A stretch of DNA of 64,000 bases from Antedon mediterranea (Eukaryota; Animalia; Echinodermata), in contig NC_092670.1 of assembly GCF_964355755.1 (NCBI RefSeq), positions 37,808,388 to 37,872,387 of the forward strand, in the 5' to 3' direction. The translations under genes were made by a program, and so were the position numbers. Positions 25,301 through 40,300 of the stretch are shown piece by piece (the stretch's first letter is position 1; every line of letters starts with the position of its first letter). The notes under the pieces were generated by a model. The model was not told where the DNA came from. It saw only the letters and a list, made by a program, of their open reading frames with translations, and did not search any database.

Positions 25301-28300
25301 GTAAGGGTTAAGGCCAGTTAACACTAGGACGATAACGATCGACGATAATATATAAGCATGCATATTTATTACATAAAGCAAAAGAAATTAGAAAGGTTTT
25401 CGTTTTAGAACTATATGATAATCATTTATGCTGTCTTTTATCGTCTATCATTATCGTCCTAGTGTAAATGGGCCTTTACAATTGCGCATTTCCAAATTGA
25501 TAAACTTTTGTTCAGATTAAAAAATCTAAAAACAACTCTTATGAATAAGAATTTTTTGGTAATACTGTATGTTTATTTTAATCTACATCATAAACTAACC
25601 ATTATTACCTATTACCTACCTTACCTATCATAATAGTTCATTCTAATATAGCGCTTATAAGCAAGCTCTCAATGCGCTGCACATTATTACCCTGGTCATC
25701 TTTTGGATCAAACATGTACAGAAACATACTCTCATAATGTTGCAGCTATTAATCAGTGCAAACTTGTGTCTTGATCTAACCAGTACCCATTTTATACACC
25801 TGGGTGGGGAGAGAGGCAAATGTATGTAATGTGTGTTGCCTAAGGATACAAGCAATGCAGCGAGAGTTGGATTCAAACCACGATCAGTAATCCAACGTTC
25901 AACACACTGTGCCACGCGCCCTCATTGAAATATATAATATATTTTTATTTTACTATAAAAAAAATGAAACTATTTCACCAAAGTTTATTGTTTATTTGTT
26001 CTGGTGCAAGTTATTGAAATATATATTACAGTTTATATTTATAGAACTAAAAATAACTTTTTTTTTTTAGGTAGTTCCATCGGACTACTATCTTGAAGCT
26101 TGTTACGAAAGCATTTGTAGTTGTGAAAGCAGTAATATTAATGATTGCATTTGTTCCGATTTTGCTGCATATGCTTTGGAAAGCTCTAGAGGTGGTACAA
26201 ATGTATATTGGCGAACAGCTGGTCTCTGTCGTAAGTCCTGTATAATGTAATAATTATTCTCTTTAAGAATCAGATTTTTATCGAATTTGGAAAGCTAGCA
26301 AAAGTTTACAATTTTACAAAAGGAACAAGCAGTTTTTTTATGTTATATCTCAAAATATATACTCAGCAATGGCAAAAACTACTTAAAGCTCTTTTTACAC
26401 TATCAACTAGTGTGAAAAAAAAGAAAGTGTGATGTGCCCAAATGTGGTAGTGATATGCTCAAATAGGGTAGTGATATGACATCATCATGTCCATATATGG
26501 GCACATCACATTTTTTTGTCACATAAAGTTTGATAGTGTAGACAGAGCCTACTTCAAACGGCCTTTACTATTCTAAATGTATGACACATCATTATATTGC
26601 TTTCGTTACAGCCTTTGATTGTGATAGCCTGGTTGAGGAGTATTCACCATGTGAGAGTACCTGTGGCGGTACCTGTCAACATGAAGATGGCGACTGTGAA
26701 GCTGATTTTTGTTTAGAGGGATGTAAATGCAAAAGCGGCCATTTGCATCATAATGGGGTTTGTGTACCAAGCAGCGATTGCCCATGTTTTTATGGCAATG
26801 ATATAATTCAACCTAATGAGGTGGTTGATACTGAATGCAAAGAATGGTAAGTGTGCTGGAATATTTAGTACAGAGATTTTTTTGAAAAATGACCAATATA
26901 CTGTACAAGGAATATTCTATTATCATTGTCACGAACTCCTCTCACGTATGTTTCCGAGCGGTTGAAAATACTTTAAAAGTATACACACAAAATCCACAAA
27001 GTTGTAAAATAACTCAAAACAAAGCTTTAATTTCATTCAACTTCAACTTTTAACAATCCAGTAAACAACAGCTTCACAATAACTTTACAATATAATATCC
27101 AACCTCTAATCCAACAACCTTACAATAGTTTTACATCCCTTTATATACAAGATGTTCCTATCCTTCTGGATCATTCTTTATACTTCTCATTATTACATGA
27201 TTACAGTTTCTATTAATAGCACTTCTGGAATGTTCCTGATTGATCTTATTAATTATACATGGTTTCTTAAATCAAAACATCTTATTCTAGAATGTTCATG
27301 TAAATACTATGTTACTCTATATGTTAGGGAATGGTAATTTATTACAATCATGCCATATGGTTTTCTGTCAGAATAGGTCATGCAGGCAGCATCAGCTAGA
27401 CCTTTCTCAAGACGATCTAGTAATATTACTAAAGCTCTGTCTACATTATCAAACTATCTAAAAAAGGATGATGTGCCCAAATATAGTAGTGATATTCCCA
27501 AATATGGTAGTGCTTTGACATCATCATGTCCAAATATGGGCAGATCACATTTTGTTGTCACATAAAGTTTGGTTGTGTAGACAGAGCTTAAGAATATTAA
27601 CTGCAATGCAAGTGAGCCATTCTGTAAGAACGTAGTCCATTACATTCCCCAGTCAATGTCTTCACTTCAAGCTTTCAAACTACAATTCAATGACATTGAC
27701 AAATGCAGTTATTTAATTTAATATTTTTCATTTTATTCATTAATGCACATGCAATTTATTGTACATATTTACATAATTGATAATCACCTTCTATTTCAGC
27801 ACTTGTAGAAGTGGATCATTCGACTGCATAGACCAGCTCTGTGGAGGTATGTTGATGGCGATATTTGAATATTTTGATTATTATTTTGATTATTATTATC
27901 ATTTTGATTATTATTATTAATTTAAATATTATTATTATTTTGATTATTATTATTTTTATTATTATTATTTTGATTATAATTATTGTTTTGATTATTATTA
28001 TTATTTTCATTATTATTATTATTTGATTATTTTTTTTGATTTGTGACGATCTAGTTACTTCATGTCAAAGGTCGTCGGTTGTTGTAACCATCAACACTTC
28101 TTAAAGCTCTGTCTACACTATCAAACTTTATGTGACAAAAAAATGTGCCCATATATGGACATGATGATGTCATACCACTACCATTTTTAAACATATCACT
28201 ACCATATTTGGGTACAGCAGACTTTTTTTGTCAAACTAGTTTGATAGTGTAGACATACAATTTAAGTATTTTTTACTTTAAATTACATTTTTTTTTAGGT

Positions 28301-31300
28301 AAATAATTTTTTTTTAGATCCAGTTTTTGGTCAAAGTGAATGACTATTATGTGACATTAAATTGGCATATTCAACAACAAAAAATGTTTAGACGGACAAT
28401 ATATCTTTAAGTAATGTGATTGAGTGACCAAAATTAATCATCCATTTTAAATATTGTATCTATACATTTGATTATTCTTTTCTAATTATAGCTACTTGCT
28501 GGGCATCAGGTATTTGGTCGTACAAAACTTTTGACAACAAACACTATGAATTCATTGGCGACTGCGAATACTATCTCCTTAAAGACTGCAACGACGACCC
28601 AGGGGATTACCAAATACTGTTACAAAACACACATTGCCATCCAGAAGTTGACGGATTTCTAGCCCAGTGCACAAAGAAACTTACAATCATTAAGGACGGT
28701 AATGAAGTTATGTTGTCTGAAGGTGCTAGGGCTTATGTGAACAACTTTCAAATAGGGTCTTTTCCACATGTATTGCCGGGATTGTTTGTTGAAAAGATTG
28801 ACAATTTAATCAAGGTATCTTGGTATTCTTTTACTTTAAATTTAAAAATGCATTTGGCAGTCATAATGAATGAGTGAAACTTAAGCTCTGTCTACACTAT
28901 CAAACTTGTGACAAAAAATGCCATGTGCCCATATACTGTATGGGCACATCACACTTTTTTTTTGTCAAACTAGTTTAATAGTGTGGACAGAGCTTTAGAA
29001 GAAAGTCATAACTCTCTAAAGCTCTATATACGCAATCAAACTTGTTTGACAAAAAAGTGTGATGAACCCTAATAGTGATATGACATCATCATGTCCATAT
29101 ATGGGCACATCACATTTTTTTTCACAAAAACTTTGATAGTGTAGACAGAGCTAAATATGAAGTGAAAAGCCTGTAGGTTGATAATTGTGCATTATAGTAG
29201 CATGGAGCTATGATAGTACATGCAAGTACATAAATATCAATTTAAATTTGCACCTTATTTTAGCTATATTGTACAATACTGTGTCTAGATTGCATAATAT
29301 ATACCTGGCAACTTCAGTGGCTAATGCGTGAGACATTAAATTAAAATTGTTATGGATATGTGAAAAATGAACACGTATGCGTGCGGTATAATATAATATC
29401 ATATCATACTGTAGGTGTCGTTGAATGATGGTATTTCACTATTGTATGATGGCAATACACAAATAGAGGTTCACGTTGAGAGCGATTTGTTTGGAAAAAC
29501 GTGCGGATTATGTGGAACATACAACAACAATAAGGCTGACGATTTTTTGACACCAGCAGGTAAAAATTTTATAAGAAAACATTGTACAATCTCTACTTTC
29601 TTCTTCCAGGCATTGCTACTCTCATAAGTATAAGTGACGAGATGATTCAGTCATGTCTGATGTGAAAGATGTATTGTCCCCTAAAAACATGAAAAATAAA
29701 GATTAATAAAATCAGACTTTGAATAGATTATTTTGTAGATTTAATAAAGTTAATCACTTCTGTTGAAAAAAAAAACGGACAAAATGAATGATTTTCACTT
29801 ATAAAATGACAAAATAAATGGTTCAATTCAACCACAAACCCATTGGCTGGCAGCCAATTTGACTATTTTTTGCTTTAAATTATAGTTTTTTTAGGTTAAG
29901 TACATTTTTTTTTTCGATTCTAAGTGGATAACTATTATGTGACATTAAAATGGCATATTCAACAACAACAAAATTGAAGAATTATTTCCTTTAGGGGAAC
30001 AATTTTATTTTATTTTATTTTATTCAATCGAAACCAACAGCGATAATTACTGCCACTAACAGGTTTTTAACAAAGCCAGGACTGTTTAAAGCACCTTCAT
30101 TGGTCCTAACATTGATTAAGGGCTTCTCTCATCCAATGCCCACCTTTAATGTAAAAACTCTCTTAAAACATGCTTTTGAAATGGTAAAACATTTTTTTTG
30201 TGGGTTCTCCAAGACATCTTTTTACTTTTATGAAAGAAAACAAGATTTAATTATTATTTTTTTTAGGGAATGTTGAGGAAAATATTAGTGAGTTTGTTAG
30301 TAAGACTAAAGTTGTTGCTGGTTGTTCAAATAGCCATTCACTTTTAACTCTACCGTGCAACTGGCAGGAGAGTCATCAACAAACTGCCGAAGACAGGTGT
30401 GAACCTCTCAAGAGTGCAGGAGCCCTTTCAGGTAAAGCTAATAGTCATGTTTATAGTAGTGATATCATGCTATAATGCCCATATTTGGTAATGATATCCT
30501 GCCATAATGCCCATATTTGGTAATGATATCATGCCATAATGCCCATATTTGGTAATGATATCATGCCATAATGCCCATATTTGGTAATGATATCATGCCA
30601 TAATGCCCATGATCATGCTATAATTCCCATATTTGGTAATGATATCACGCTATAATGCCCATATTTAGTAGTGATATCACGCTATAATGCCCATATTTAG
30701 TAGTGATATCACGCCATAATGCCCATATTTGGTACTGATATCATGCTATAATTCCCATATTAAAATGATATCATGCTATAATTCCCATATTTGGTAATGA
30801 TATCACGTCAAAATGCCCATATTTGGTAATGATATCACGCCATAATGCCCATATTTGGAATTATATCATGCCATAATGCCCATATTTAGTAGTGATATGC
30901 CATAATGATCATATTTGGTCATGATATGCTTTCTAGGAGTGATACTGTATCATGACCATATTTAGTATCGTTATCATGTCATCATGCCCATCTATAGTAG
31001 TGATGGGTTAAGTTAATATATTTTTTTTAAATTTCATTGCATCCAACATCATGAAACTTGCCAATTACAGGATGGATAAACTATTTTATAATTTATCGTG
31101 CTTATAAACTAAGTCTCACTTATGTTGAAAGAGTCATGGGTTACAACCCTGGCACTAGGTCAGGATTGAACCCTGGACCTTGGGATTGGAAGGCAAGCAC
31201 GTTAACCACCAAGGTACAGCTCCCCTACCAACGTTCTTAATTATGTATTGTCAATTAATCTAAACAGAATGTTTCAAATATTTGGAAAGTCGGCCGTATT

Positions 31301-34300
31301 ATGATTCCTGCTTGCAAGATGTGTGCACAAATCCAGAAGATGAAAGCATTCACTGCAATATGATGTCGCAGTATGTTTCTGATTGCGCCAAAAAGGGAAT
31401 CTACATGGATTACTGGCACGCAGATGTGAACAACTGCAGTAAGTATACAGCTGTATTACCTACGCCTGGGACGTACCTGAACTTCCTATCTGCCATTGTG
31501 ACAGCCAGTTCATCTATCTGCATACCAGTATCCGTCTCTAGTACATCAATGCATGCGAGTGCTGGTCTTCCTACTTTTGCAAGCCCATGTTTTGTCTTCC
31601 ACATCAGAACATCTGTAATGATGTCTTCTTTATTGCGAGGACAATGTCCAGCAAATGTCAGCCTTCTTATCGTTTCTGTTTTTGGTACAGCTACCACCCA
31701 TCATATATATTTTAGTATTAGAATAACAGTTACTGTACCTCCATTGAAACCAGACTCTGAAAACGAGAAAACCAGACTTATCTTGAGGTCCAAAATTCTA
31801 TTACCATTAAAGATGTATTGTTCCCCCAAAACATGAAAAATGTTAGAATGGATCTGTTAAAATAAGTATTATTTGGGAAACGAATCAATTAATAATGAAT
31901 ATTTTTAACTTAAAATTTATAACCGCTTCATATTATTATTTTTTTTTTATTATTTTTAAATTATATTGTACAATTAATTTAAACTTTTATTCTTTAAAAG
32001 ACAATACTTGTCCTGAAGGGCTTGTCTATAGAGTGTGTGCTGACTCTTGTGACTTATTTTGCTATCCGCTACCATCCGACAATATATGTAATGATATCTG
32101 TACTGCTGGATGCGTCTGTCCTGATGGTCAGGTATTTGATCATTATGGTAATTGCGTTGTCAAAGAAGATTGTTACTGTTTAGCTGATGGTAGATACTAC
32201 CCAAAAGATCACGAATTAACTGTAGATTGTGGTGTATGGTAAGTTGTGAATGGACGTTCCATCAATAGCAAGCTTTCAGTTTCCTGTTAGTTAATTTATT
32301 GTGTGCATGCATTTGAGTTAGGAGTCTTCGGTTTAAAATTCGTATCAGAAACATGCACATTTCAAATTTTTCAACACAACCCGTCTTGTCGTCAGGCTAA
32401 ACGTTAAATAGAGCAGTCAATCTCATGAAATATCCTGACCATCCAACTTATAAACATTCATTATTCAATATTTATTAGTTGTAACACCCTAACCATTCAT
32501 TTTCTTATGTAGTATATGTAGTAATGGTGAATTCATTTGTTCACAACAACAAGATTGTTCATGCTCTGAAAATGCTGTTTATACTTTGTGTTATGGAGGC
32601 AACAATTGTCGTAAAACATGCGCCACAAGGTTTTTTGATGAGGTTTGTTCTGAGAAAGATTGCCTTCCAGGATGTAAATGCCAAGAGGGATATGTCTACG
32701 ATGAGGTCCATTTAAAATGTGTTCAACCAACAGAATGTCCATGTATGAATGATGGCAAGGCCTACTTTGATACACAAGTTTTAGCAATTGGTTGCAGTTC
32801 ATGGTAAAGTGTCTTACTATTATTTTGCATTCAACAGTGTTTAGATAATAATATAAATACATTTCTAAATTCATAGGCTTAAACTATCTGGCCAATGGAC
32901 CAGACTATCTTTAGTCTTTAGTCTATCTTTAGTCTTTTCATAGCAACCACGCAGCGCCACCTACCGTCGTGACGTCAGAACCGTGATACTCTATAGTACA
33001 AAAGAGAGAACTTGTACAACTTGCCATGTAAATTGTCTGTTATATACATTTTGATACTGAACACATCCATAACACAAACGACATTTAAACTGTTCAATGA
33101 ATAATATTCTACTGTACCTTCTTTTCAGTACCTGCAATGAAGGCATTTGGAAATGTGTAGAAATGAAATGCGATGGTATATATTACTACTGTATATATTT
33201 TTAAAGTAATGACTATGTTTAGAGTACCTCATAGACTTCCTGTTGATTGTTAAAAGTGCTGTATAAGTTTGACAACATTAGCATTATAAATTAGGGTCAT
33301 CCAGACTTTACTCTTACTTACTAATTTACCTCCGCCAAGGAGGTATATGTAATCGATCGAGTGTGTTTGTTTGTCTGTTTGTTTGTTTGTTAGCAGGATT
33401 ACTCAAAAAGTAATTACAAGGTCTTAACCAAAATGAATGTACAAATAGATATGTGGTCAAGGACCATTCCATTAAATTTTGGGACCATTTCGTACCACGG
33501 TTCCAATTCTGGACCAATTTTTAGTATACTTTTCAGACCTGCTAGTGTTAAAAAGATAGGACAGAATTTTTCAAAAGGCGGTGAGCAGTCTTAAAGTAAC
33601 AAGTAAACTCAAATTGAATTTTCTTGAGAACTAGTTGTCCAAAAAACTTCATTTTTGTACAAGAGGCAAGAGTTATAATTTGTGATTTGTAATTTTAAAA
33701 CATAATTTGATTTAATGTGCACGTTTTTTGATGCGAGTAGTTTACTTACTATTGTTAATTGAAAGGCTTGTTACATAACCATTACACAAAACTCGCATAC
33801 GCATGCTAGTAGTGAAATTAGCGTAAATCACAAACAGCATTAAGACACACACAAATATATATGTATATATATTTTTTTACATGAGAAATCTTATGTAGGA
33901 GAATTTTACAGTAGGCGGAGGTATGCACTCTCGGAGTGGCTTTCTAATTATTAGTTATTATTAGGCAAAAGTTGTCTGTGCCACACTTCTATTATTTTCT
34001 GATAATCTGTTTCTCAAGATTGTTTCTGCAGATATTAATGTTCCTTTAAGAAATTGGAGAAATAATAATACTATGTTTTAATAGGTACTTGCATTACATG
34101 GGGAGATGGCCACTACAAAACTTTTGATGGACGATGGTTTAACTTCCCAGGAAAATGTAAATATGATCTGATTAAATCAAAAGATCTTAAATTCAAGATT
34201 ACTATTCAGAATGTAGAATGTGGATCAACAGGTGTCACTTGTACAAAGGCGATTACACTTAAGGAAGGTATGAACCAATCTACGTTCACACTGAGCCAAT

Positions 34301-37300
34301 ATTAAGCTACATTCACACTGAGCCAATATTCAGCTACGTTCACACTGAGCCAATATTAAGCTTCATTCACACTGAGCAAATATTTAGCTACATTCACACT
34401 GAGCCAATATTAAGCTATATTCACACTGAGCCAATATTAAGCTACATTCACACTGAGTCAATATTAAGCTATATTGACACTGAGGCAATATTAAGCTACA
34501 TTCACACTGAGTCAATATTCGGCTACATTCACACTGAGCCAATATTAAGCTACGTTCACACTGAGCCAATATTAAGCTACCCATATGATAGTTTGCTGGA
34601 ACAGTATTCATAGGAGCTCAAGTGAAAGGCATCTGTCTAGACTATCTTACCAAAATAAGAAGTATAAAGATGTAGCTTAAGACTTAAGAAAAAATATTGA
34701 TTGATGTTTCCTCTTTAATTGCTTTTGGCAGATCTTTCCAAAGATGAGCAGATAAAAAGAAAAATGATGATGTATCGTTGTATTTCTTTAAGCTTTAATG
34801 TTTTGTTGTACTAGGGTCTGATGATGACAAAGCTACTTACAAGCTAATTCGTGGTTACTCTGTGTTGCAACCAACTGGTTTAGCTGCCAACTACTGGACA
34901 GTAATTGACTTGGATTACAATGTGCTTGTATACTCAATAAATATAGGCTACACTTTGCTGTGGAATAAAGGAACATGGCTTCAAATTAAATTAAGTTCAG
35001 ACTTGAAAAACAAAGTAAGAAGATAAATACAGTATAACCCTTATTAAGAATACACCTTCAGGACCCTGGTGATCGGGGTGTCCGACCCCTGAATTGGGGT
35101 TGACCTTAATGTTAAAATTGGCCCTGTAGTGTGCATCATCTATAATTTTTCTACCCCACATCCAAAATTGAAGGGTTAAGGTGGAAGCAGCGAAGTAATT
35201 GAATAAAAGTAGGCATGAAAAAAAAATAATGAATGTTTTATGTTTATGCAATGGAAAAAATAATTTCATTTGGTGAAAAATGAAATGTTTTCACTTCATT
35301 ATTTGCACTCATAAACATTCATTATTTGTATAATAGCCACCTGTATATCTGCTTTTAACCACCTGCATCACATATAAAACCTGAAATCATTTTCTAGAGA
35401 TTTTGCTTGTTTTTATAGCTAACAGGGCTATGTGGCTACTATGATGGCGTGGTAGGTAATGACTTTCAAAAGCGAAATGGAATGGAAGCCACGTCAGAAC
35501 TTGATTTCGGTAACAGTTGGAAGGTATGTTTGCACTGGACTTGAACAATTGTAAATTTAACCATGGTAGCTTTACCCAATGTCTTTGGATCATCATCATC
35601 GTACTCAGATATTTTAATGCAGTTAGTTTTACCGTAATTTTACCAAAATTTTACCATGATATTAAAAACAATGATTGAATTAATGCGTTAACATGAGTCG
35701 CACATTCGGATCGAACTTCTTAGCTGCGTAGTTAGTTTTACTAAGACCACGGTAAGTTTTACTGGGCAGACAGTTTTCGGTAGGAGTAACTATTGGAAAT
35801 CGTTAATTTAACCCTGTGGGAATTGTAGCCAGTGTTCAGATTGGACTTTTATTGGTCACTTTAGCCAGCGAATCAGTTAATTTGATCAAATTAAGTCCAG
35901 TGCGATCGAGTCTTTAGGCCCAAGTTACAGGATGTTAACACTGAAGTAGCTCAAACTTAGAGTATGCACATGTATGTTACTACTGTATCTCGATGATAAC
36001 ATTTGTCTTACAGTATATCTATCAAAATGTAAGTCATAACGACTACACAGGGGTGGATCCAGCATTATAGATTAGTGGGTGGGGGTTGGGGTGCTAAAAC
36101 GATCTGTCGGATTGCAAAAAATACAAATATTCATTATTTCATTTTAAAAAGACATGGCTGAGGGCAGGGCTAAAGCCTGTTTAAGCCCCCGCCTGGTACA
36201 TAACAGTATTGAAGTCTGGTACAATCTGGTTTTATAATGGTATAATTTACCTTGTTTACCTACAGTACTGTGCATGGTAACACCACAATTTTCATTAACT
36301 TATATCAATATACTGTAGGCATTGACTGCTTGCCCTAGTGCTGTAGAGCCCAGCGATGCCTGTCAAAAATACCCAAAACGAAAGTTCTGGGCTGCGAGCA
36401 AGTGTAAAATACTTTATGAAGATTTGTTTTCACCGTGCCACAGTCGTGTTCCTGTCAAGACGTTTTACAAAAAATGTGTGGCTGATTCGTGTGCCTGTGA
36501 CTATGGTGGCGACTGTGAGTGTATGTGTACAGCCATATCGGCTTATGCCCAACTCTGCAAAGATTGTGACATTATGATAAGCTGGAGGTCATCACACTTT
36601 TGCCGTAAGTTTTAACAACTTTTTTTTCCAAATTCTCCAAAACTGTGACTTGTTTATGTATTTGATTTTTAATTTTATGTGAAACACTGTACTTATTGTA
36701 AAAGTTGATCACGGCACACTGTACATTTTATAACAAAGCATAAAAAAGTACAGACAATAATTAGAAATATTATAAAACAAACAATTCTTAGGACCATGCA
36801 TTAAAATGGCTTTATAGGCATTCATATTCTACAACTCTAAAGCTAAAATTATTGATCATCTGATTTCACAATAATAATAATACAATAAATTTATATTTTT
36901 TCGTAAATTTAGTTTGTATATATCTATTGTTTTTATGCCTTTTTAACTAATGTTTTTTTTTTAAATTATTTTTTTGTTTATGTGTTTACGAGCATTAAAA
37001 TGTGTTCAGATTGCTTGCTCCTGGCAAGATTGTGTTTGATAATATCCCCCATGTCGAGTAAACTTGAGTCGAATGGCTGAGGGGCGCCGCAAACCATCCA
37101 TACAATCGGCACAGGTTCAAGACACTCCTCAACCAGGTCTCGAATATGGACTTAAAACTGGAGGTTCAGTGTACACATCTGGCTCGCGTGCACTTTAAAG
37201 AACTCAATACATCTTTCGGAAGAGTAGGGGGTTTCCCTTGTGTACTAGTCCATTCAGCCCCTGTCGTAGACAGAAGAACGGTCGCCGTTTGGTGGCAGCA

Positions 37301-40300
37301 TTCAACATGAAGAGACCCTTTGGGGAGAAGAAAGAAGTTGTGGTATGTGTCGTCCACACCTGTGCAGCCAATCGCAAGTTATTATATTTTATATTTACAT
37401 TTTAATATTATTAATATTATTTTACAGCTATGCAGTGCGATGAGGGATGTGAGCATTACAGTCCATGTGTGGAGATGTGTTACGAAGCTACCTGCGTAGA
37501 TGGCTGTTGCCATCAAGATGACTACAACAACCAAACTGGTCTTTGTAGTACTAAACCTGTTTGTGAGATTACTACAGCCGCTACGACAACAAGGCCAACT
37601 ATTACTCCAATTACAATTACTACTCCAATTCCAACCACTACTGCTGTGCCTACAACAATAGAAGGTATGCAATTGGAATACAGTATACCGTAAATCTTCT
37701 AATTGTAACACTGGGTTATTATTCTTTGATTGTTTTTTAGGGTGGGTTACTATTAGAAGTTGGGGGTGGAGGGGTGGGGTGTTACTAATAGAGTAGTGGG
37801 TTACTATTACTAATCTTAAATTAGGCACCTGAAAATAGTAACTCACCCCCAACTTTCCCAGTCAGCAACTCATAGCAAAATAATAAAACAGTACAAACTA
37901 GAATTTAATTCGTCACTTTGACGAATCATAGGTGATCATTTTTATCATTTTCATCATGAAATTAAATTTGTTTAAATATGCATGTATGTTGTACCTATTA
38001 TGTGTCATATATAATATGTACAGTATACTGTATATCCATATACAGTGTAACATAGGTGAAATTACAGGACCCACATCATGTTCTAATTTTTTGGTATGAT
38101 GACGTTATCAAAATAAACTTGAAGATGACAATTTTGCAAGATATTGAATTGAGCAAAAAATTTAAGGTTTTGAAGAAAATTTGGTATGTAGATGCGCAGT
38201 GCGCGCTCTTTAAAATTTTTGTAAATGTGATGAAAGAGACGAATGAAAAAACTACTTTTTAAATTCAACTGGCCATATCATAACGTCACAACATCTGATA
38301 GGCTTAATTTTTATGTGAATTCATATCTACATTTCATCAGCTGTCACAATGAATTAAAATCATCAAGGTCACCTTTAATTCTGAAGAGCTGTGAGATATT
38401 TAAATATACGCTGAAGGTGAAATTCCTCGACCCAGGTTATTCAAGTTTTAATGCATGATGACGTCATCATAATGAAAATGTTGGAATCTCATGATAAAGA
38501 TAATTAATATCACAAGCACATACTGAAATTTGAGCGAAAATCAGGCTCAAATAACGGATATACGCACTATTGAATGTGTTAACATACAAAAAAAGATAAA
38601 AAATTCTAATTTTTAAATTGAAGTGGCCATTTGATGACGTCACAACATTTTCTACGTCAAATGTGTGAATGAATTCATATCTACAACTCAATGACTTCCA
38701 GAATAAATTTAAAAAATTGGGGGTCATCGTGCATTCTGAAGAATTATTTTAATTTTAAAAATGCCTTATTTCTTACCCTTTTCAGCACTTTTGTGCAATT
38801 AATATGCGCATATTGTAATTTTTAACGTGCGCGTATAGCGTTATTTTAGGTCAGAATTAACTGAAAATAGGTGAATGTACTACGGATTGTGAGTAGAATG
38901 CGATTTGTAAAAAAATTTCGCATTTTTACACTTTTTAAGTATTGCGTGATCAAAACTTAATTTTGAGCTTTTTAAATTTCTAACGTGCGATTTCACGCGT
39001 ATGACCCTACGTACGCGTGCGTTTTTATTTGCTGTTATATTTACCCTTGACATATAGTGAATTTCATTAATATGTGATAATGAATTATGGAGATATGATT
39101 GATAATGTGATTTCACAAAATGGCATATAAATTACGTCACGGAGGAGCGATCATGCTGAAAAGCTTATTAGGACTAAGTTAAAGTATTTGAAAGACATTG
39201 TGAAATTTTTGTGATCATTGCCATTCAACTTTTTGAGATATTTGTTACACAAAAGTGTACAGAAAGAAGAATAACAATAACATTTAGGATTTCATACAAT
39301 AACAATAGGTGATCATTTTATTCTAAATGATCACCTAATAAACAAATTTGTTATGTATTGCAAAATAACACATGATACATTATGCATACTGTACACATGT
39401 TGCAATGATAATATTCATATAGAATAATAACATAACAATATATTTTTTGTGAAACTTTCACTTTTAATGACTTATTGTAATTTACAAGAGGACCAGTAAA
39501 ATTACATTACTCCACTGCTTTAACTGGCCACAGAATATGGGCCAATAGGGAGGCCTTCAACAACCAAAATAACTTTTTTTTTTTAAATGAGGTACAAAAA
39601 ATCAATCTTTATTATATTAATATTTTGTAAAAGAATTTGTGAAGAGGTAAATTGGGTAAAATTATTGATATTTTATCATATTTTTCTGAAATTTTATCTG
39701 GCCAAGCAGACTTGTTATTTTACTATTTAACTGATCCATCATGCATTTAACTTGCCATTGGCCGGCGGACACAAACGCGGCAAGTAATAACATTACAATT
39801 AGCCAATACAGTTGGGAGAGACAATAATACAATTCTGTTTTTATCTAGAGTGCAACAAAGACTTGGACGTCGTTGGACAAGGAACTAGGATAACGTCCGA
39901 CTTTTCAAATCCAGAAAACACAAAGTTATACAGTGAGGGCTGGATCCCAAACTATATGCCAGAACAATTACCTAGACCGTATGTTGAATTCTATTTCAAC
40001 TGCACTGTAGAGGTGTTTGTTATTGGTATTCAGGGAGTAGATAACATGTATGTTACCGAGCTAAAATTGTACTATAAAACAGTGGACTCTGACACTATAG
40101 TAGAGTGGAATCAATTAATAGAGGTATCTGGGCAAGATAACCATTCAGTTGTGACTATCATTCAACTGCCGCACGATTTTCCAGATGTCGTGTATCTAAA
40201 AGCTGAAATCATTAAGTTTCATATTCAGCCTGCTTTACGAATTGCTTTCTATGGATGTGTGGTCAAAGCTACGACGACCCAAGCACCTCAAACTACAACT

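Noticed and set aside
27816-28010. Poly-Ile ORF
   Set aside because: Translation of an (ATT)n microsatellite.
30452-34580. Regular 32-bp and 27-bp repeats as CRISPR-like arrays
   Set aside because: Head-to-tail units with no unique spacers, no cas genes, eukaryotic intron context.
34384-34611. ORF with a repeated LILAQCECS motif
   Set aside because: Stop-free frame of the 27-bp minisatellite; no splice or start context.
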